From a virus (lineage: Duplodnaviria; Caudoviricetes), in IMG/VR virus record IMGVR_UViG_3300036987_000544, positions 1 to 27,538 of that record: a stretch of DNA of 27,538 nucleotides. One strand, written 5' to 3'. A program made the position numbers and the translations under genes. Positions 16,255-25,443 of the stretch are shown here, piece after piece. How positions within the stretch are numbered: the first letter of the stretch is position 1; each line of letters begins with the position of its first letter. Under the pieces are notes generated by a model, which worked only from the letters and a program-made list of their open reading frames with translations, was not told where the DNA came from and ran no database searches.

Positions 16255-17921
16255 CGGTCCCCCCTGGCATCACGCATCTCCTCGATGCCATGTCCCGTCG
16301 AGGCGACGAGGACGGACGCCAGGCGGTCGGTCAGCACCTTCGCGCCGGGCCTCTTCTGCGCCCTCTGGATGACGCGGGAGAGCGCCGCGAGGGGGGCCGC
16401 CCCGTCTCGGATCGCAGAAACGAAGATGGCTCTGTAGGGCGCCAGGAGCTCCTCGCCGATCGCGTCCGGTGCGCCGTCAGCGCCGAGGACGGGGGGAGCC
16501 TCTTCTTCCTCCTCGAGGCGCGCCGGGAAGGCCAGGACGCGTGCGAGCTTCTCCCCCGCGGGTGCGGTCGGCGCGGCGGACCGCGGGAGGAGAGCCTTCG
16601 CGGGGTCCTTGGCGACCTTCAGGCCGCACTGGAGGACGAGGTCCTCCTTGTCGATGACGTCGACGCCGGCGTTTGAGAGGTTGAGGGCGACCTTCGAGAC
16701 CTTCTCGGGGTCCTTCCGCTCGAGGGGCTCGATCGAGAGGACCGGCGTGAAGCGCGCCGCGGCCTCCTTGCCCCAGTTCCGACGGACGTAGGGCTCGATC
16801 AGGCCGGCCCGGAAGTCCGAGGCGAGCTCGACGCAGCGGGAGGCGTGGAGCTCCCGGGACTGCGCGGAGGCCTCCTCGGTGGAGGTCCTGCTGCCCGCCC
16901 CGACCTCGACGTTCGAGGCCTGGGAGTGGCCGTGGAAGACCTGGTCGTAGGTCTGGGCGCCGATGCGAATGAGCCGCTCGTGGATCTCCCCGGCGCCCGC
17001 GCTGTTCGTGAGCGCGTTGATCAGCTCGACCTTGACCCCGGCCGGAAGTGCCGCCCAGCCCGCCGCGCCCATCCGGCGAAGGGCATCCTTGACGATCTCC
17101 TTCTGGCCCTTCTTCGCCGGGTCGTAGTTCGCGAAGCGGAACGGGATGCCGCAGAGTTCGGCGAGGCGCGCGAGCCAGCGGAGGCCGTAGGTCGCCAGGC
17201 CCCAGACGATGAGGCACTGGAAGAGAAGGCCGCGCTGGTCGAGGGGGACGGAGCCCTTCCCCGACTCGAGGAGGACGATGTTCCCCGACTCGAGGAACGG
17301 CTGGACGGGGACGGAGTCGATGCGGTTGGCGTAGGGGCGATAACGCCACGCCTGGGAGACGGGGTCGAGCTCGAATCGGCGCCCGGGAATCTCTTCGATC
17401 CGGACGACCTTCTCCCGGCCCTTCTCTGCAGCCCGAGCCTCCGTGACGACGTGGAGGCCGACAAGCCCGTAGGGGAACTTCTCGAAGGCCGCGTCGAGGG
17501 CGTCGATCATGTGCGGCCGGAACTGAGCCTCGACGGCCTGGGCGATCTCGAGGGCGAGGCGGCCGTCGGGCGTCTTCTCGGCGTCCCCGCGGAACTCCTC
17601 CGGAGGGAGGAAGCTGATCCTGGCCGAGGTGACGGCGAGGCGGGCCTTCGAGAGCTGCGGCCCCGGCCCGAACCGTGACATCTCCTGGAAGATCTCGAAG
17701 AGCCTCTGAGGGCGGCCGGCCCGGGCCTCGCGCCGCGCGGCGACGATCTCGTCCGGCGTGACCTCGCGGCCGAGGGTGACCGAGGAGCCGATGAGGTCGG
17801 GCTCGTAGGTGAAGCCGTCGGTCTCCGCGGCGACCGCCGAGCGGCGCGTGAACAGCGACGGCTCGCCCGCCATCTCCTGCGCGATCTCGGTCAGGCCGAG
17901 AGAGACGAGCTGGTCGGCCAC
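16251..17921 (-). CDS. Portal protein (Mu gp29/DUF935 family)
   Basis: 556 aa; GLLFQCL..W......LRWLARLAELCGIPFR.A.Y...ALRRMG..GWAALP.G..VELI pattern; upstream of MuF. Confidence 0.88.
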   Translation of the reverse strand: MADQLVSLGLTEIAQEMAGEPSLFTRRSAVAAETDGFTYEPDLIGSSVTLGREVTPDEIVAARREARAGRPQRLFEIFQEMSRFGPGPQLSKARLAVTSARISFLPPEEFRGDAEKTPDGRLALEIAQAVEAQFRPHMIDALDAAFEKFPYGLVGLHVVTEARAAEKGREKVVRIEEIPGRRFELDPVSQAWRYRPYANRIDSVPVQPFLESGNIVLLESGKGSVPLDQRGLLFQCLIVWGLATYGLRWLARLAELCGIPFRFANYDPAKKGQKEIVKDALRRMGAAGWAALPAGVKVELINALTNSAGAGEIHERLIRIGAQTYDQVFHGHSQASNVEVGAGSRTSTEEASAQSRELHASRCVELASDFRAGLIEPYVRRNWGKEAAARFTPVLSIEPLERKDPEKVSKVALNLSNAGVDVIDKEDLVLQCGLKVAKDPAKALLPRSAAPTAPAGEKLARVLAFPARLEEEEEAPPVLGADGAPDAIGEELLAPYRAIFVSAIRDGAAPLAALSRVIQRAQKRPGAKVLTDRLASVLVASTGHGIEEMRDARGDR

Positions 17922-18143
17922 GGCCCCATGGGACGTCGCCGGGAGGACCTCGCGCTAGACGGTACTGTCAACGGGTTGACACGAGTTGCCATGGCCTTGG
18001 CCTAGCCGCGGAACTTCACGATGGTACAGAAGTGGGTTGCCGCCAGTAGTTCGTCCACGCCCGAGAGCCGCTCACGGACCGAGAGAAGGCGACGAGGTTC
18101 AGCAGGGCCCAGTGCCTTCCAACCGAGGGCTGCGCCCCGCGGC

Positions 18144-18788
18144 TTACTTACAGAGTTCCTCCGCGACCATTTCCAGTTCCCCGAGCCACTCGATGGCAAT
18201 GCTCGAGGTCGAACCGGGCCTCCTCTGCATGAGGAGCTTCGCCGGCCTCTCCGTCGCGGGTAGACCGATCGTTGGCGCAGTCTGAAGGACCACATCGAGC
18301 GTGCTCGGATTCCGGTGAGCGAAGAAGTTTCGCCACGACCGCAGCCCCAGGAACACAGTCATCGACGGAAGCGAGAAAGCTCTCTGTGCATCCGGAACGT
18401 TTGATGCACCGCACCGCGTCAAGCACTGGATGACGACATTGAAGTCTTCCCAGGCGGGCTCTTCCTTTCTCAACCATGGCCCCGCGGGGTTGCCCGCAAG
18501 GACCTTTCTTCCGCGCGTCGTCGCCTGGAGCATCGTCTTGACAACCTCTGCACGGGAACGGGTCGAGAGGCCACACGACACCCTCGCTCCGCTCATTCGC
18601 TTCGGCCGTACGGCGACCGAAACGCAGTAACTCCTCGAAAACTCCGTCCACAGGTTGAAGAGCGAGATGGTGGAGTACGTCAGGAGTCTCTCCCGGTCCG
18701 CATCCGATGGCGTCGTCGCCTGCGACAGCAGCAACCGCAATCCAGACGTGCGTCGACAGAAGCCTCGGTATAGAACGCCGTAGTGCAT
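18144..18788 (-). CDS. Putative HEPN-domain protein
   Basis: 214 aa helical protein with ISLFNLWTEF near the N-terminus and RNFFAH (R-x4-H) near the C-terminus; downstream of the DUF262 gene. Confidence 0.6.
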   Translation of the reverse strand: MHYGVLYRGFCRRTSGLRLLLSQATTPSDADRERLLTYSTISLFNLWTEFSRSYCVSVAVRPKRMSGARVSCGLSTRSRAEVVKTMLQATTRGRKVLAGNPAGPWLRKEEPAWEDFNVVIQCLTRCGASNVPDAQRAFSLPSMTVFLGLRSWRNFFAHRNPSTLDVVLQTAPTIGLPATERPAKLLMQRRPGSTSSIAIEWLGELEMVAEELCK

Positions 18789-18804
18789 TCCCGACGTCGC
18801 TCAG

Positions 18805-19866
18805 CTACTCGACGCTCGTTGCATCAAGCAGGGACTTGAAGCGAACCTCTCGCTGGTCTCTGACATTCGTGCGCCCCTGAATGGCCTTCCAATAGGGCTG
18901 GTGCTCCTCGGGGACTAAGGCGAGGTCCTCGACGCCAGAAACGGCTTCCAGCTCTCCCAGGCGACGCAGTACGTCTTCGTCGGCCCGAAGGCCTCGTCCG
19001 CCAGGGCCGAGCGGCTCGAGCGCATCCCACTTCTGGAGTGCGTGCATCAGGGCGCAGAGTAGCGATCCCATCGTATGCCGCCTCATCAGCTCACTCTTGT
19101 GCAGTCCCTTCCAGCGAAGGATGCACGCCATCGAGGCGTCGAACCCTGACCGGAACCGCTCTCCGTCCGGGAACGCGTCATCGAACTTCTTATAGACGCG
19201 GTCCAGGTCGGACGCCTTCGTCGTCCGAATTCCTCCAGTAACTGCGTCTACGATCTCGGTCACTAGCCCCGCATCCGCCATTCGCACCAGTTGCCTCTCC
19301 GAGAAGACGCCGATGTCCCGAAAGATGTCGCCATACAGGCGCGAGATATCGAGAATAAAAAACTTCAATTCCCCCTGGAACTCAGCATGTCGCTTCTCCT
19401 CTGGCGAGAGAGGCGCGGTGTACGAGTTCATTCGCCTGAAGATCTGCCTCACCTGGCCCGGCGAGGCTCCTACAAAATGATCGATCGGAAGGCTGTAGCT
19501 GAGGAAGCGCTCCTTGAAGTCGTCCGGTAGCTCCTCGAAGCCGAGGCCACCCACCTCCGGGATCTCCGGCCGCTTCCGGAGACGCAGTTTTCCTTCCCGA
19601 AAGCTCGACAGCGCCGTTGTTCGTTGCTGGCCGTCGACTATCTCCTTCTTTGTGGCGCGAGCCTTGATGTCGGTGAACAGGTGGAGGCTGAGTTTTGGAA
19701 TGGGATACCCAAGGAGAATCGTTTCTATGAAGAAGGCCTGGGCGTGCACCGGCCACACCTTGCCGCTTCGCTGGTACTCGTTGTTGATTGAGATATCGCC
19801 ACGCTCTATGTCGGCCAGGTAGTCTGCGACGGTTCGGACCGTCGGATTCACCGTAATGCCGTTCAT
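18805..19866 (-). CDS. DUF262 (GmrSD N-terminal, ParB/Srx-like) domain protein
   Basis: YQR...W, FIETILLGYPIP, IVDGQQR and IFRRMN motifs; ATG at 19866 overlaps the methyltransferase stop (ATGA). Confidence 0.9.
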   Translation of the reverse strand: MNGITVNPTVRTVADYLADIERGDISINNEYQRSGKVWPVHAQAFFIETILLGYPIPKLSLHLFTDIKARATKKEIVDGQQRTTALSSFREGKLRLRKRPEIPEVGGLGFEELPDDFKERFLSYSLPIDHFVGASPGQVRQIFRRMNSYTAPLSPEEKRHAEFQGELKFFILDISRLYGDIFRDIGVFSERQLVRMADAGLVTEIVDAVTGGIRTTKASDLDRVYKKFDDAFPDGERFRSGFDASMACILRWKGLHKSELMRRHTMGSLLCALMHALQKWDALEPLGPGGRGLRADEDVLRRLGELEAVSGVEDLALVPEEHQPYWKAIQGRTNVRDQREVRFKSLLDATSVE

Positions 19867-21221
19867 CTCTCGCGCTCCTTCTCGAGCCAAAGGACCCACT
19901 CCCGCGGATGATGGATCGGATCTCGATACCGTCTCGACGCCGGATTGAGATGCTGCCAGGTCCGGCGGGCCGGGAATGCCTTCGCGTCACGAACCTCAAA
20001 CCCATTGAGCGCGAACACGTCGGCCGCCAAATCGGCCACTGGTATCCGCACGTCCTTGTAAAACGAGTCCTGCAGCACCATCACTACTCTGCCGTCGCTT
20101 CGAAGGACCCTCTTGCATTCGTGCGCGAACCGGAGAAGGTCGGTGAGGTATTGACGAAAGAACTTGAGATAGTAGCCGGAGGAATCCTTGGAGGGATGGT
20201 CGGAAACCTCGTCCATCACTCTCAGAGCCGACGCAGGCAATGCCGGGCAGCCTGGTCCCACGTCCCTCACCAGTACCGTCCCCATCATTGCGAGGCGCAG
20301 GTCACGCATTCCGTCGCCAACTGGAGCTCGCAGGAGCGCAAGTTCCGGAAGCGACGCTTTCACGTAGTCCAACCTTGTGCAGTAAGGTGGTGATGTGAAC
20401 ACCGCGTCCATCTTGCCTGCAGCCAGCGGAAGATCGAAGGCGGTCCCTCGAGAGATCTCGATCGACGCTTCCGGGCGATTCCCTACTCCTCTCAGGGCTG
20501 CGACGAGGCAGGCGTCAACCGCCGCTCGCCACGCGGCCTGCGTGACCGCAATGCGCTCGCCCTCAGGTCTTGGCCTGAACCAGGTTGGATTCGAAGAAGC
20601 GCCTCGCCGGGCGAGCCACCGCGTCACCGAGAAGAGGAGCACAACGCCCGCAAGCTCCTCGCCCGATGTGACCGCGTCAACGCGCTCCCAGATCGCCCCT
20701 TCGGCTGATACTCCGGTAGCATGGCGCAGTCCTTTCTCTGCTTCCCTGAAGAGGCTCACGGATCGATCGTCGAACCACGCCGATAGCGGATCCGCGCTGT
20801 TTCGGGAACGAGCTGGCCCGGCCGGTCGGAGGATTTGCGCGGCTGCCTGGAAGTCATCGGCTGTCGCAAGGCACCTCGCGCGAGCGTAGAGGACCTGAAC
20901 TGGGTGAAGATCGAATCCGTGAACGCGGATCCCGACCCGAGAGAGCGCCGCTGCAGCTGTGCCGCAACCGACGAAGGGGTCGAGTGCTCGTCGAACGCCT
21001 TGACGCCTCAGACGCTCGGCGATCGCGCATGCGAACTCCAACGAGAAGCCAGCATAGAAGTCCATCAGCGGAAGAGCCGTTCCCCCGGTCGACCTCCGCT
21101 TCGGCGACGGTAGCTCCTCCGCATTTGCGGCTTGCCGATCCAGAATCGCTAGCTTCACTCCGTCTCCTTCTCGGTCGAGAATACGATACCCAGGATGGCT
21201 CGAAATCCCATCAACTGCCAT
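19863..21221 (-). CDS. Amino-DNA methyltransferase (probable m4C; motif I precedes motif IV)
   Basis: FYAGFS, ALDPFVGCGT (SAM binding), VFTSPPY (catalytic) and ECKRVLR motifs. Confidence 0.88.
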   Translation of the reverse strand: MAVDGISSHPGYRILDREGDGVKLAILDRQAANAEELPSPKRRSTGGTALPLMDFYAGFSLEFACAIAERLRRQGVRRALDPFVGCGTAAAALSRVGIRVHGFDLHPVQVLYARARCLATADDFQAAAQILRPAGPARSRNSADPLSAWFDDRSVSLFREAEKGLRHATGVSAEGAIWERVDAVTSGEELAGVVLLFSVTRWLARRGASSNPTWFRPRPEGERIAVTQAAWRAAVDACLVAALRGVGNRPEASIEISRGTAFDLPLAAGKMDAVFTSPPYCTRLDYVKASLPELALLRAPVGDGMRDLRLAMMGTVLVRDVGPGCPALPASALRVMDEVSDHPSKDSSGYYLKFFRQYLTDLLRFAHECKRVLRSDGRVVMVLQDSFYKDVRIPVADLAADVFALNGFEVRDAKAFPARRTWQHLNPASRRYRDPIHHPREWVLWLEKERER

Positions 21222-21281
21222 TCGGTACTTGCACTCACCTCACCGCCACCCACCCGGCGAAGTTGAACCACCGTCCGACGC

Positions 21282-22856
21282 TCACCCCTCGAGGCTCGGC
21301 ACGTCGCCCAGCTCGCTCTCCCCGATCACGAAGTCCTCCTCTCGCCACACGTGCGCCATAGCCTGCCCCTCGGCGAACGACTGAATCACCGCGTCGGCCC
21401 GGTTCGTCGACCCGCCCTCGTCCAGCGCCTTCCGGCTCTCGAGCTTCCTGAGCCGGGCCGCCACCTCTTCCTTCGACTCGACCAGGATCCGGCCGTTCGA
21501 CGTCGTCCCCCAGCGCGGCTCGACGAGCTCGCGAATCAGGATCGGGTCGTCCGGGAGCGCGATGTCGCACTCGGGATCGGCCAGCTCCTCGCGTAGCCAC
21601 CACCACCACTGCGACCGCTGGTTCGCGAACCCGTAGAGCCCGGATCGGTCCTTCGCGTCGCTCTTCCCGCTCGCGATGAAGCCTCGCACCTCGAGCTCCT
21701 GCTCGAGGCACCGCGAGATGACGCCGCTCCCCTGGCCGATGCCGTCGACCACCGCGTGCCCACCGCGCCCGAGGCGAACCTTCACATGTCCGACGAGTTC
21801 CATCTCGGGGTACTTGTCCACGAACCGGAAGACCTCGACCTCGGCGATCACCCGTCCGGCCCGCCGAGCGATCGTCGCCGGGTCGCGGTTCAGGTTGCCG
21901 GTCCCGACGTCGACGCCGAGCGCCGTCTGCGGCCACTCCCCTGGGCGGCCCGCCCGGTCCCACTCCCGCCACCGCTCCACGGCGCGTTCGACGTCGGAGA
22001 GGCGGATGACGCTGTGCTCCCCGCCGGTCGAGGCGAAGTTTCCGAGGACGTGGTTCTGGTACGGCGGTGAGTCCTCGCCCCAGAGCCGGCGCATCTTCTC
22101 GGCCCAGGTCGGGTTCATCCGACCGGCCGCGATCGCCTCGTCCTTCGTGACGTGCCGTGGCCACCACCCTTCGACCTTCCCCATCGAGAGGTCGAAGAAG
22201 CGCCCGTCGGCATCGCCCCCGGACGACTGCGCCAGCCATCGCAGCTCGCGCTTCCCGGTAGCCGAAGCGGCCGAGCCCTCGGCCGAGTCCCAGGTCGTTG
22301 ACGGGATGAGCTTCGCCTCGTCGAACACGTACAGGAACTGCTCGGCGTGCCCACCCTCGATCCGGGCGGACATCTTCGGGTTAGCTGCGATCACGGCGCC
22401 GTGGCGGAGCTTGATTCCCAGCGTCAGGAGCTCGATGTCCCTTCGCCAGGGCGCCATCCCGAGGACGTCCCAGCGGATCCTCGAGGCCCACACGTGGATC
22501 TCGGGCCAGAGGAAGTCCCGCAGCTGGGACCAGCCGCCGGCCGTCGTGATGACTTTCCACGTCACGCCGGCGCTCTCGCGGGTCAGAGCGAACCACGGGA
22601 TGGCGATCCCGAAGCCCGCGCTCTTGCCGTAGCCGCGAGGACCTCGGGCGCACACCCTCATCTCGGAGACGAGCCTCTGCATGATCTCGGCCTGGTAGGG
22701 CGCCAGCCCCTGCCCCTCGGGCCATCGGATGCACTCCTTGGCGAAGAGAACGGGGTCGGACCAGTACCGGTCCACGACGTTCGTCCTCTTCACGGCTCCG
22801 AGGAAGCGCTTCGAGAGGCGCCGGGCGACGGCCGAGCCGGATCCGTCAGTTCGCAC
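21282..22856 (-). CDS. terL: Terminase large subunit
   Basis: YQ motif, Walker A RGPRGYGKS, Walker B FLYVFDEA, nuclease motifs LGVDVG and NRADA. Confidence 0.92.
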   Translation of the reverse strand: MRTDGSGSAVARRLSKRFLGAVKRTNVVDRYWSDPVLFAKECIRWPEGQGLAPYQAEIMQRLVSEMRVCARGPRGYGKSAGFGIAIPWFALTRESAGVTWKVITTAGGWSQLRDFLWPEIHVWASRIRWDVLGMAPWRRDIELLTLGIKLRHGAVIAANPKMSARIEGGHAEQFLYVFDEAKLIPSTTWDSAEGSAASATGKRELRWLAQSSGGDADGRFFDLSMGKVEGWWPRHVTKDEAIAAGRMNPTWAEKMRRLWGEDSPPYQNHVLGNFASTGGEHSVIRLSDVERAVERWREWDRAGRPGEWPQTALGVDVGTGNLNRDPATIARRAGRVIAEVEVFRFVDKYPEMELVGHVKVRLGRGGHAVVDGIGQGSGVISRCLEQELEVRGFIASGKSDAKDRSGLYGFANQRSQWWWWLREELADPECDIALPDDPILIRELVEPRWGTTSNGRILVESKEEVAARLRKLESRKALDEGGSTNRADAVIQSFAEGQAMAHVWREEDFVIGESELGDVPSLEG

Positions 22857-24093
22857 CCGGGCCCTCCTCTGGCTCGGCAGGCGGCGGCTCGTTCCCCCGC
22901 CACCCCTCCGCCTCCTTCCCCGTGAACTCCTGCCACCGCTGAACGATCACGTCGACGTAGCGCGGCTCGACCTCCATCGCAAAGCAGCGTCGGCCGACGC
23001 GCTCGGCCGCGATGAGGGTCGTGCCGGAGCCGGCGAACGGCTCGAACACCGCGTCGCCCTCGTGGTTCCGCAGGGGACGCTCCATGCACTCGACCGGCTT
23101 CTGCGTGCCGTGCCCGTGCCCGTCGTCGTCCCGGGCCGGGATCTGCCAGAGAGTCGTCTGCGTCCGGTCGTCGGTCCGGTGCCCCTTTCCTCCGCGGCGG
23201 ACCGCGTACCAGCAGGGCTCGTGCTGCCAGTGGTAGTCCCCGCGCGAGAGCGCCATTCGGTCCTTCGCCCAGACGATCTGGGCCCGGATCTCGAAGCCGG
23301 CCTCCTCGAGGGATGCCTGGACGAGGCCGGCGTTCACGCCGGCGTGGTAGACGTAGGCGACCTCCCCCGGGAAGAGCGCCCAGACCTCGGTCCAGTCCGC
23401 CCGGTCGTCGTTCGTGACCTTCCCGAGCTTCTTCGGGTTGAGGTTCATGCCGGCCCGGCCGCGCCAGGACGGGTCGTACTCCACCCCGTACGGCGGGTCG
23501 GTGACCATGAGGAGGGGCTTCTCTCCCGCCAGGAGCCGCGAGACTTCCTCGGGGTTCGTGGAGTCGCCGCAGAGCAGCCGGTGCGCGCCCAGGACGATCA
23601 GGTCGCCCCGCTGGGCCCGGGCCACCGCGGGCGGCTCCGGGGTCTTCTCGGGGTCCCCCTTCGGCTCGACGCGGGTCATCTCCTCGATCTCGTCCGCGCT
23701 GAACCCGGTCGCCCCGAGGGCCTCGAGATCCTCGCCGAGCGATGCCAGGAGCGCGGAGAGGGCGTCCTCGTCCCAGACCGCGAGCTCGGCCGTCCGGTTG
23801 TCCGCGATCCCGAAGGCCGTCCTGTCGGGCCCGAGGAGGGCCGAACGGACCGCGGCGATCTCGGGCCAGCCCTCGAGCCGGGCCGCCTCGAGCGTGCCGC
23901 TCCCCGCGATCACGACCCCCGCGGCGTCGACGACGATCGGCTTCTGCTGGCCGAAGCGCCGGAGACTCGCGCGGATCGCGTCGAGGTTCCGCTCGGGATG
24001 CCGGCGTGCGTTCGCAGGGTCGGCTTGGAGGCTCGCCACATCCACCAGGAGGGGGATCAGCGAGGTCGGGAATCGATCGTTCCTCTCCGTCAT
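22846..24093 (-). CDS. ParB-N-terminal domain fused to beta-class DNA methyltransferase
   Basis: ATG at 24093; NARRH...FGQQKPIVVD...IADNRTAE (ParB-like); HRLLCGDS, VTDPPYG, HGTQKP and FEPFAGSGTT motifs. Confidence 0.92.
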   Translation of the reverse strand: MTERNDRFPTSLIPLLVDVASLQADPANARRHPERNLDAIRASLRRFGQQKPIVVDAAGVVIAGSGTLEAARLEGWPEIAAVRSALLGPDRTAFGIADNRTAELAVWDEDALSALLASLGEDLEALGATGFSADEIEEMTRVEPKGDPEKTPEPPAVARAQRGDLIVLGAHRLLCGDSTNPEEVSRLLAGEKPLLMVTDPPYGVEYDPSWRGRAGMNLNPKKLGKVTNDDRADWTEVWALFPGEVAYVYHAGVNAGLVQASLEEAGFEIRAQIVWAKDRMALSRGDYHWQHEPCWYAVRRGGKGHRTDDRTQTTLWQIPARDDDGHGHGTQKPVECMERPLRNHEGDAVFEPFAGSGTTLIAAERVGRRCFAMEVEPRYVDVIVQRWQEFTGKEAEGWRGNEPPPAEPEEGPGAN

Positions 24094-24365
24094 CTCGTCT
24101 TTCCCTTCGCCGCGGGGCGAAGGCCTTTCATCGTGTGCGCGCCGATGAACTGCAGCGCGAGGGGGTCGACGCTCCCGTCGGCCCGGCAGACGCCGCTCGT
24201 CTTCAAGATCTCCATGTGCTTCGCCGCCCGGTACCGCGGGACGGCCGCCAGAGCCCGCCAAGCCTCGTCGCTCCGGTCCCGGCCCAGGTACTGCCAGGCG
24301 ACGGCGAGCCGCTTCGCATCGATGGACTCGAGGAGGACAAGGACCGACGCATGGAGCTCGCTCAG
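24090..24365 (-). CDS. Hypothetical 91-aa protein, apparent CTG start
   Basis: The frame LSELHASVLVLLESIDAKRLAVAWQYLG...KGKTR* fills the gap between flanking genes, with 4-bp overlaps at both ends and SD GGAGGT 5 nt upstream. Confidence 0.55.
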   Translation of the reverse strand: MSELHASVLVLLESIDAKRLAVAWQYLGRDRSDEAWRALAAVPRYRAAKHMEILKTSGVCRADGSVDPLALQFIGAHTMKGLRPAAKGKTR

Positions 24366-25120
24366 GCATCACCTCCGAGCGTGGCCAGCGCCTTTCCCGC
24401 TGCCTCGAGTGCCGGGGGCCACGGGCCGAGCGCCTCGATGAGGACGGTCTCCACCTGGGCCCACTCCCTCGTCTCGAGAAAGACGTTCAGCGTCACGGCC
24501 GGGTCGCTTCGGAGCTGCCCCGTCGCCTTCCCGATGAGTTCGCAGAGGGGCTTCAGCGTCGCGACGGCGTCGAAGAGGAGCTTCCGCGGGTCCGCCGTTC
24601 TCGACTCCCAGCTCAGCACCCCGACACCGAGCTCGCCCTCCACCCGCCGGAGCAGCGTGGAGAGCTTCTCGGTGCGCCGGCGGATCCTCGACTTCCCGTC
24701 CCCGACCGGCACCTCCTCCTCGTAGACCACCTCGATCTCGTGGGACCGGGGGTTGAGGTTGTACTTCCCGGGAGCCTTCGGATCCTCGAGCCAGGCGTCG
24801 ATCGCCTCGAGCATCTTGTAGCCCCGGTCCGAAAGGAGCTGCAGCTTGGCCATCACGTCCATGGCGCCGACCGGGAGCGCGTGCTGGACTTGCGCTATCT
24901 CGTCGAGCGCCTTCTGGGTCGGCTCCGTGACGTGCCTGGCGCGGAACGTATCGAGGGCCTTTCGCGAAATTCCGAATTTGCGCTGAATCTGGCCGTAATT
25001 CGCCCCCGGCGTCAGGATCGCCTTCAGGATCTCGTCGCGCCTGGGGTGGTTCTCGACCGCTGGCGGCCGGCCGGCGCGGCTCTTCCGCGGCGCCGCAGGT
25101 CCCCTCTTCGCCGTCGGCAT
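24362..25120 (-). CDS. HTH protein, putative terminase small subunit
   Basis: HPRRDEI.KAI...ANYGQIQRKFGISRKAL..F...H HTH followed by helical segments; upstream of ParB-MTase and TerL. Confidence 0.55.
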   Translation of the reverse strand: MPTAKRGPAAPRKSRAGRPPAVENHPRRDEILKAILTPGANYGQIQRKFGISRKALDTFRARHVTEPTQKALDEIAQVQHALPVGAMDVMAKLQLLSDRGYKMLEAIDAWLEDPKAPGKYNLNPRSHEIEVVYEEEVPVGDGKSRIRRRTEKLSTLLRRVEGELGVGVLSWESRTADPRKLLFDAVATLKPLCELIGKATGQLRSDPAVTLNVFLETREWAQVETVLIEALGPWPPALEAAGKALATLGGDA

Positions 25121-25443
25121 CAGTTCTCACCTCCCTCCTGTTGATCTCCCTGCTCCTTGACGGGCAGGGGCTTGTGTAGTGCCTCGCGCCGCGGGGGTTC
25201 GTCCGCGACCACTTCGGGCTCGGCCGACCTGGAATCGAAGCCCCACTTCGCCCTGACGCGCGGCGTCGGTGCGTCGTCCTGGCCGACGATCTCCTCCGTG
25301 GTGAAGTGGAACGGCCGCCCCTTCCGCTCCGAGCAGACAGGGCACGTGAACCCTCGAGCCGTGATCGTCCAGTCCGGCGTGATGCAGTGGGCGGTATCCA
25401 CGACCTCGACGGGCGTCCCGCAGCGGGGGTGGATGAACGCCAT
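25120..25443 (-). CDS. Zinc-ribbon protein (NrdR/Ogr-like), possible late regulator
   Basis: HPRCG...VVDT...R...CPVC....FTTEE pattern; ATG at 25443 overlaps the RusA stop. Confidence 0.6.
   Translation of the reverse strand: MAFIHPRCGTPVEVVDTAHCITPDWTITARGFTCPVCSERKGRPFHFTTEEIVGQDDAPTPRVRAKWGFDSRSAEPEVVADEPPRREALHKPLPVKEQGDQQEGGEN

Noticed and set aside
6315-17921. Calling the element a transposable Mu-like phage
   Set aside because: Head and neck genes are Mu-like, but no transposase or MuB is visible and an initiator/RusA module is present.
17976-18010. Sigma70 promoter from TTGACA
   Set aside because: No credible -10 hexamer at the proper spacing on either strand; kept only as a palindrome finding.
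24094-24372. N-terminal extension of ParB-MTase in the ORF track
   Set aside because: Low-complexity Pro/Arg/Gly sequence; the ParB domain begins after Met at 24093 and a different frame fits the gap better.
22729-24441. 570-aa plus-strand ORF and similar long plus ORFs (5119-6210, 11565-12515, 12837-13805, 16845-17678)
   Set aside because: Shadows of well-supported minus-strand genes in GC-rich DNA; no recognisable domains.
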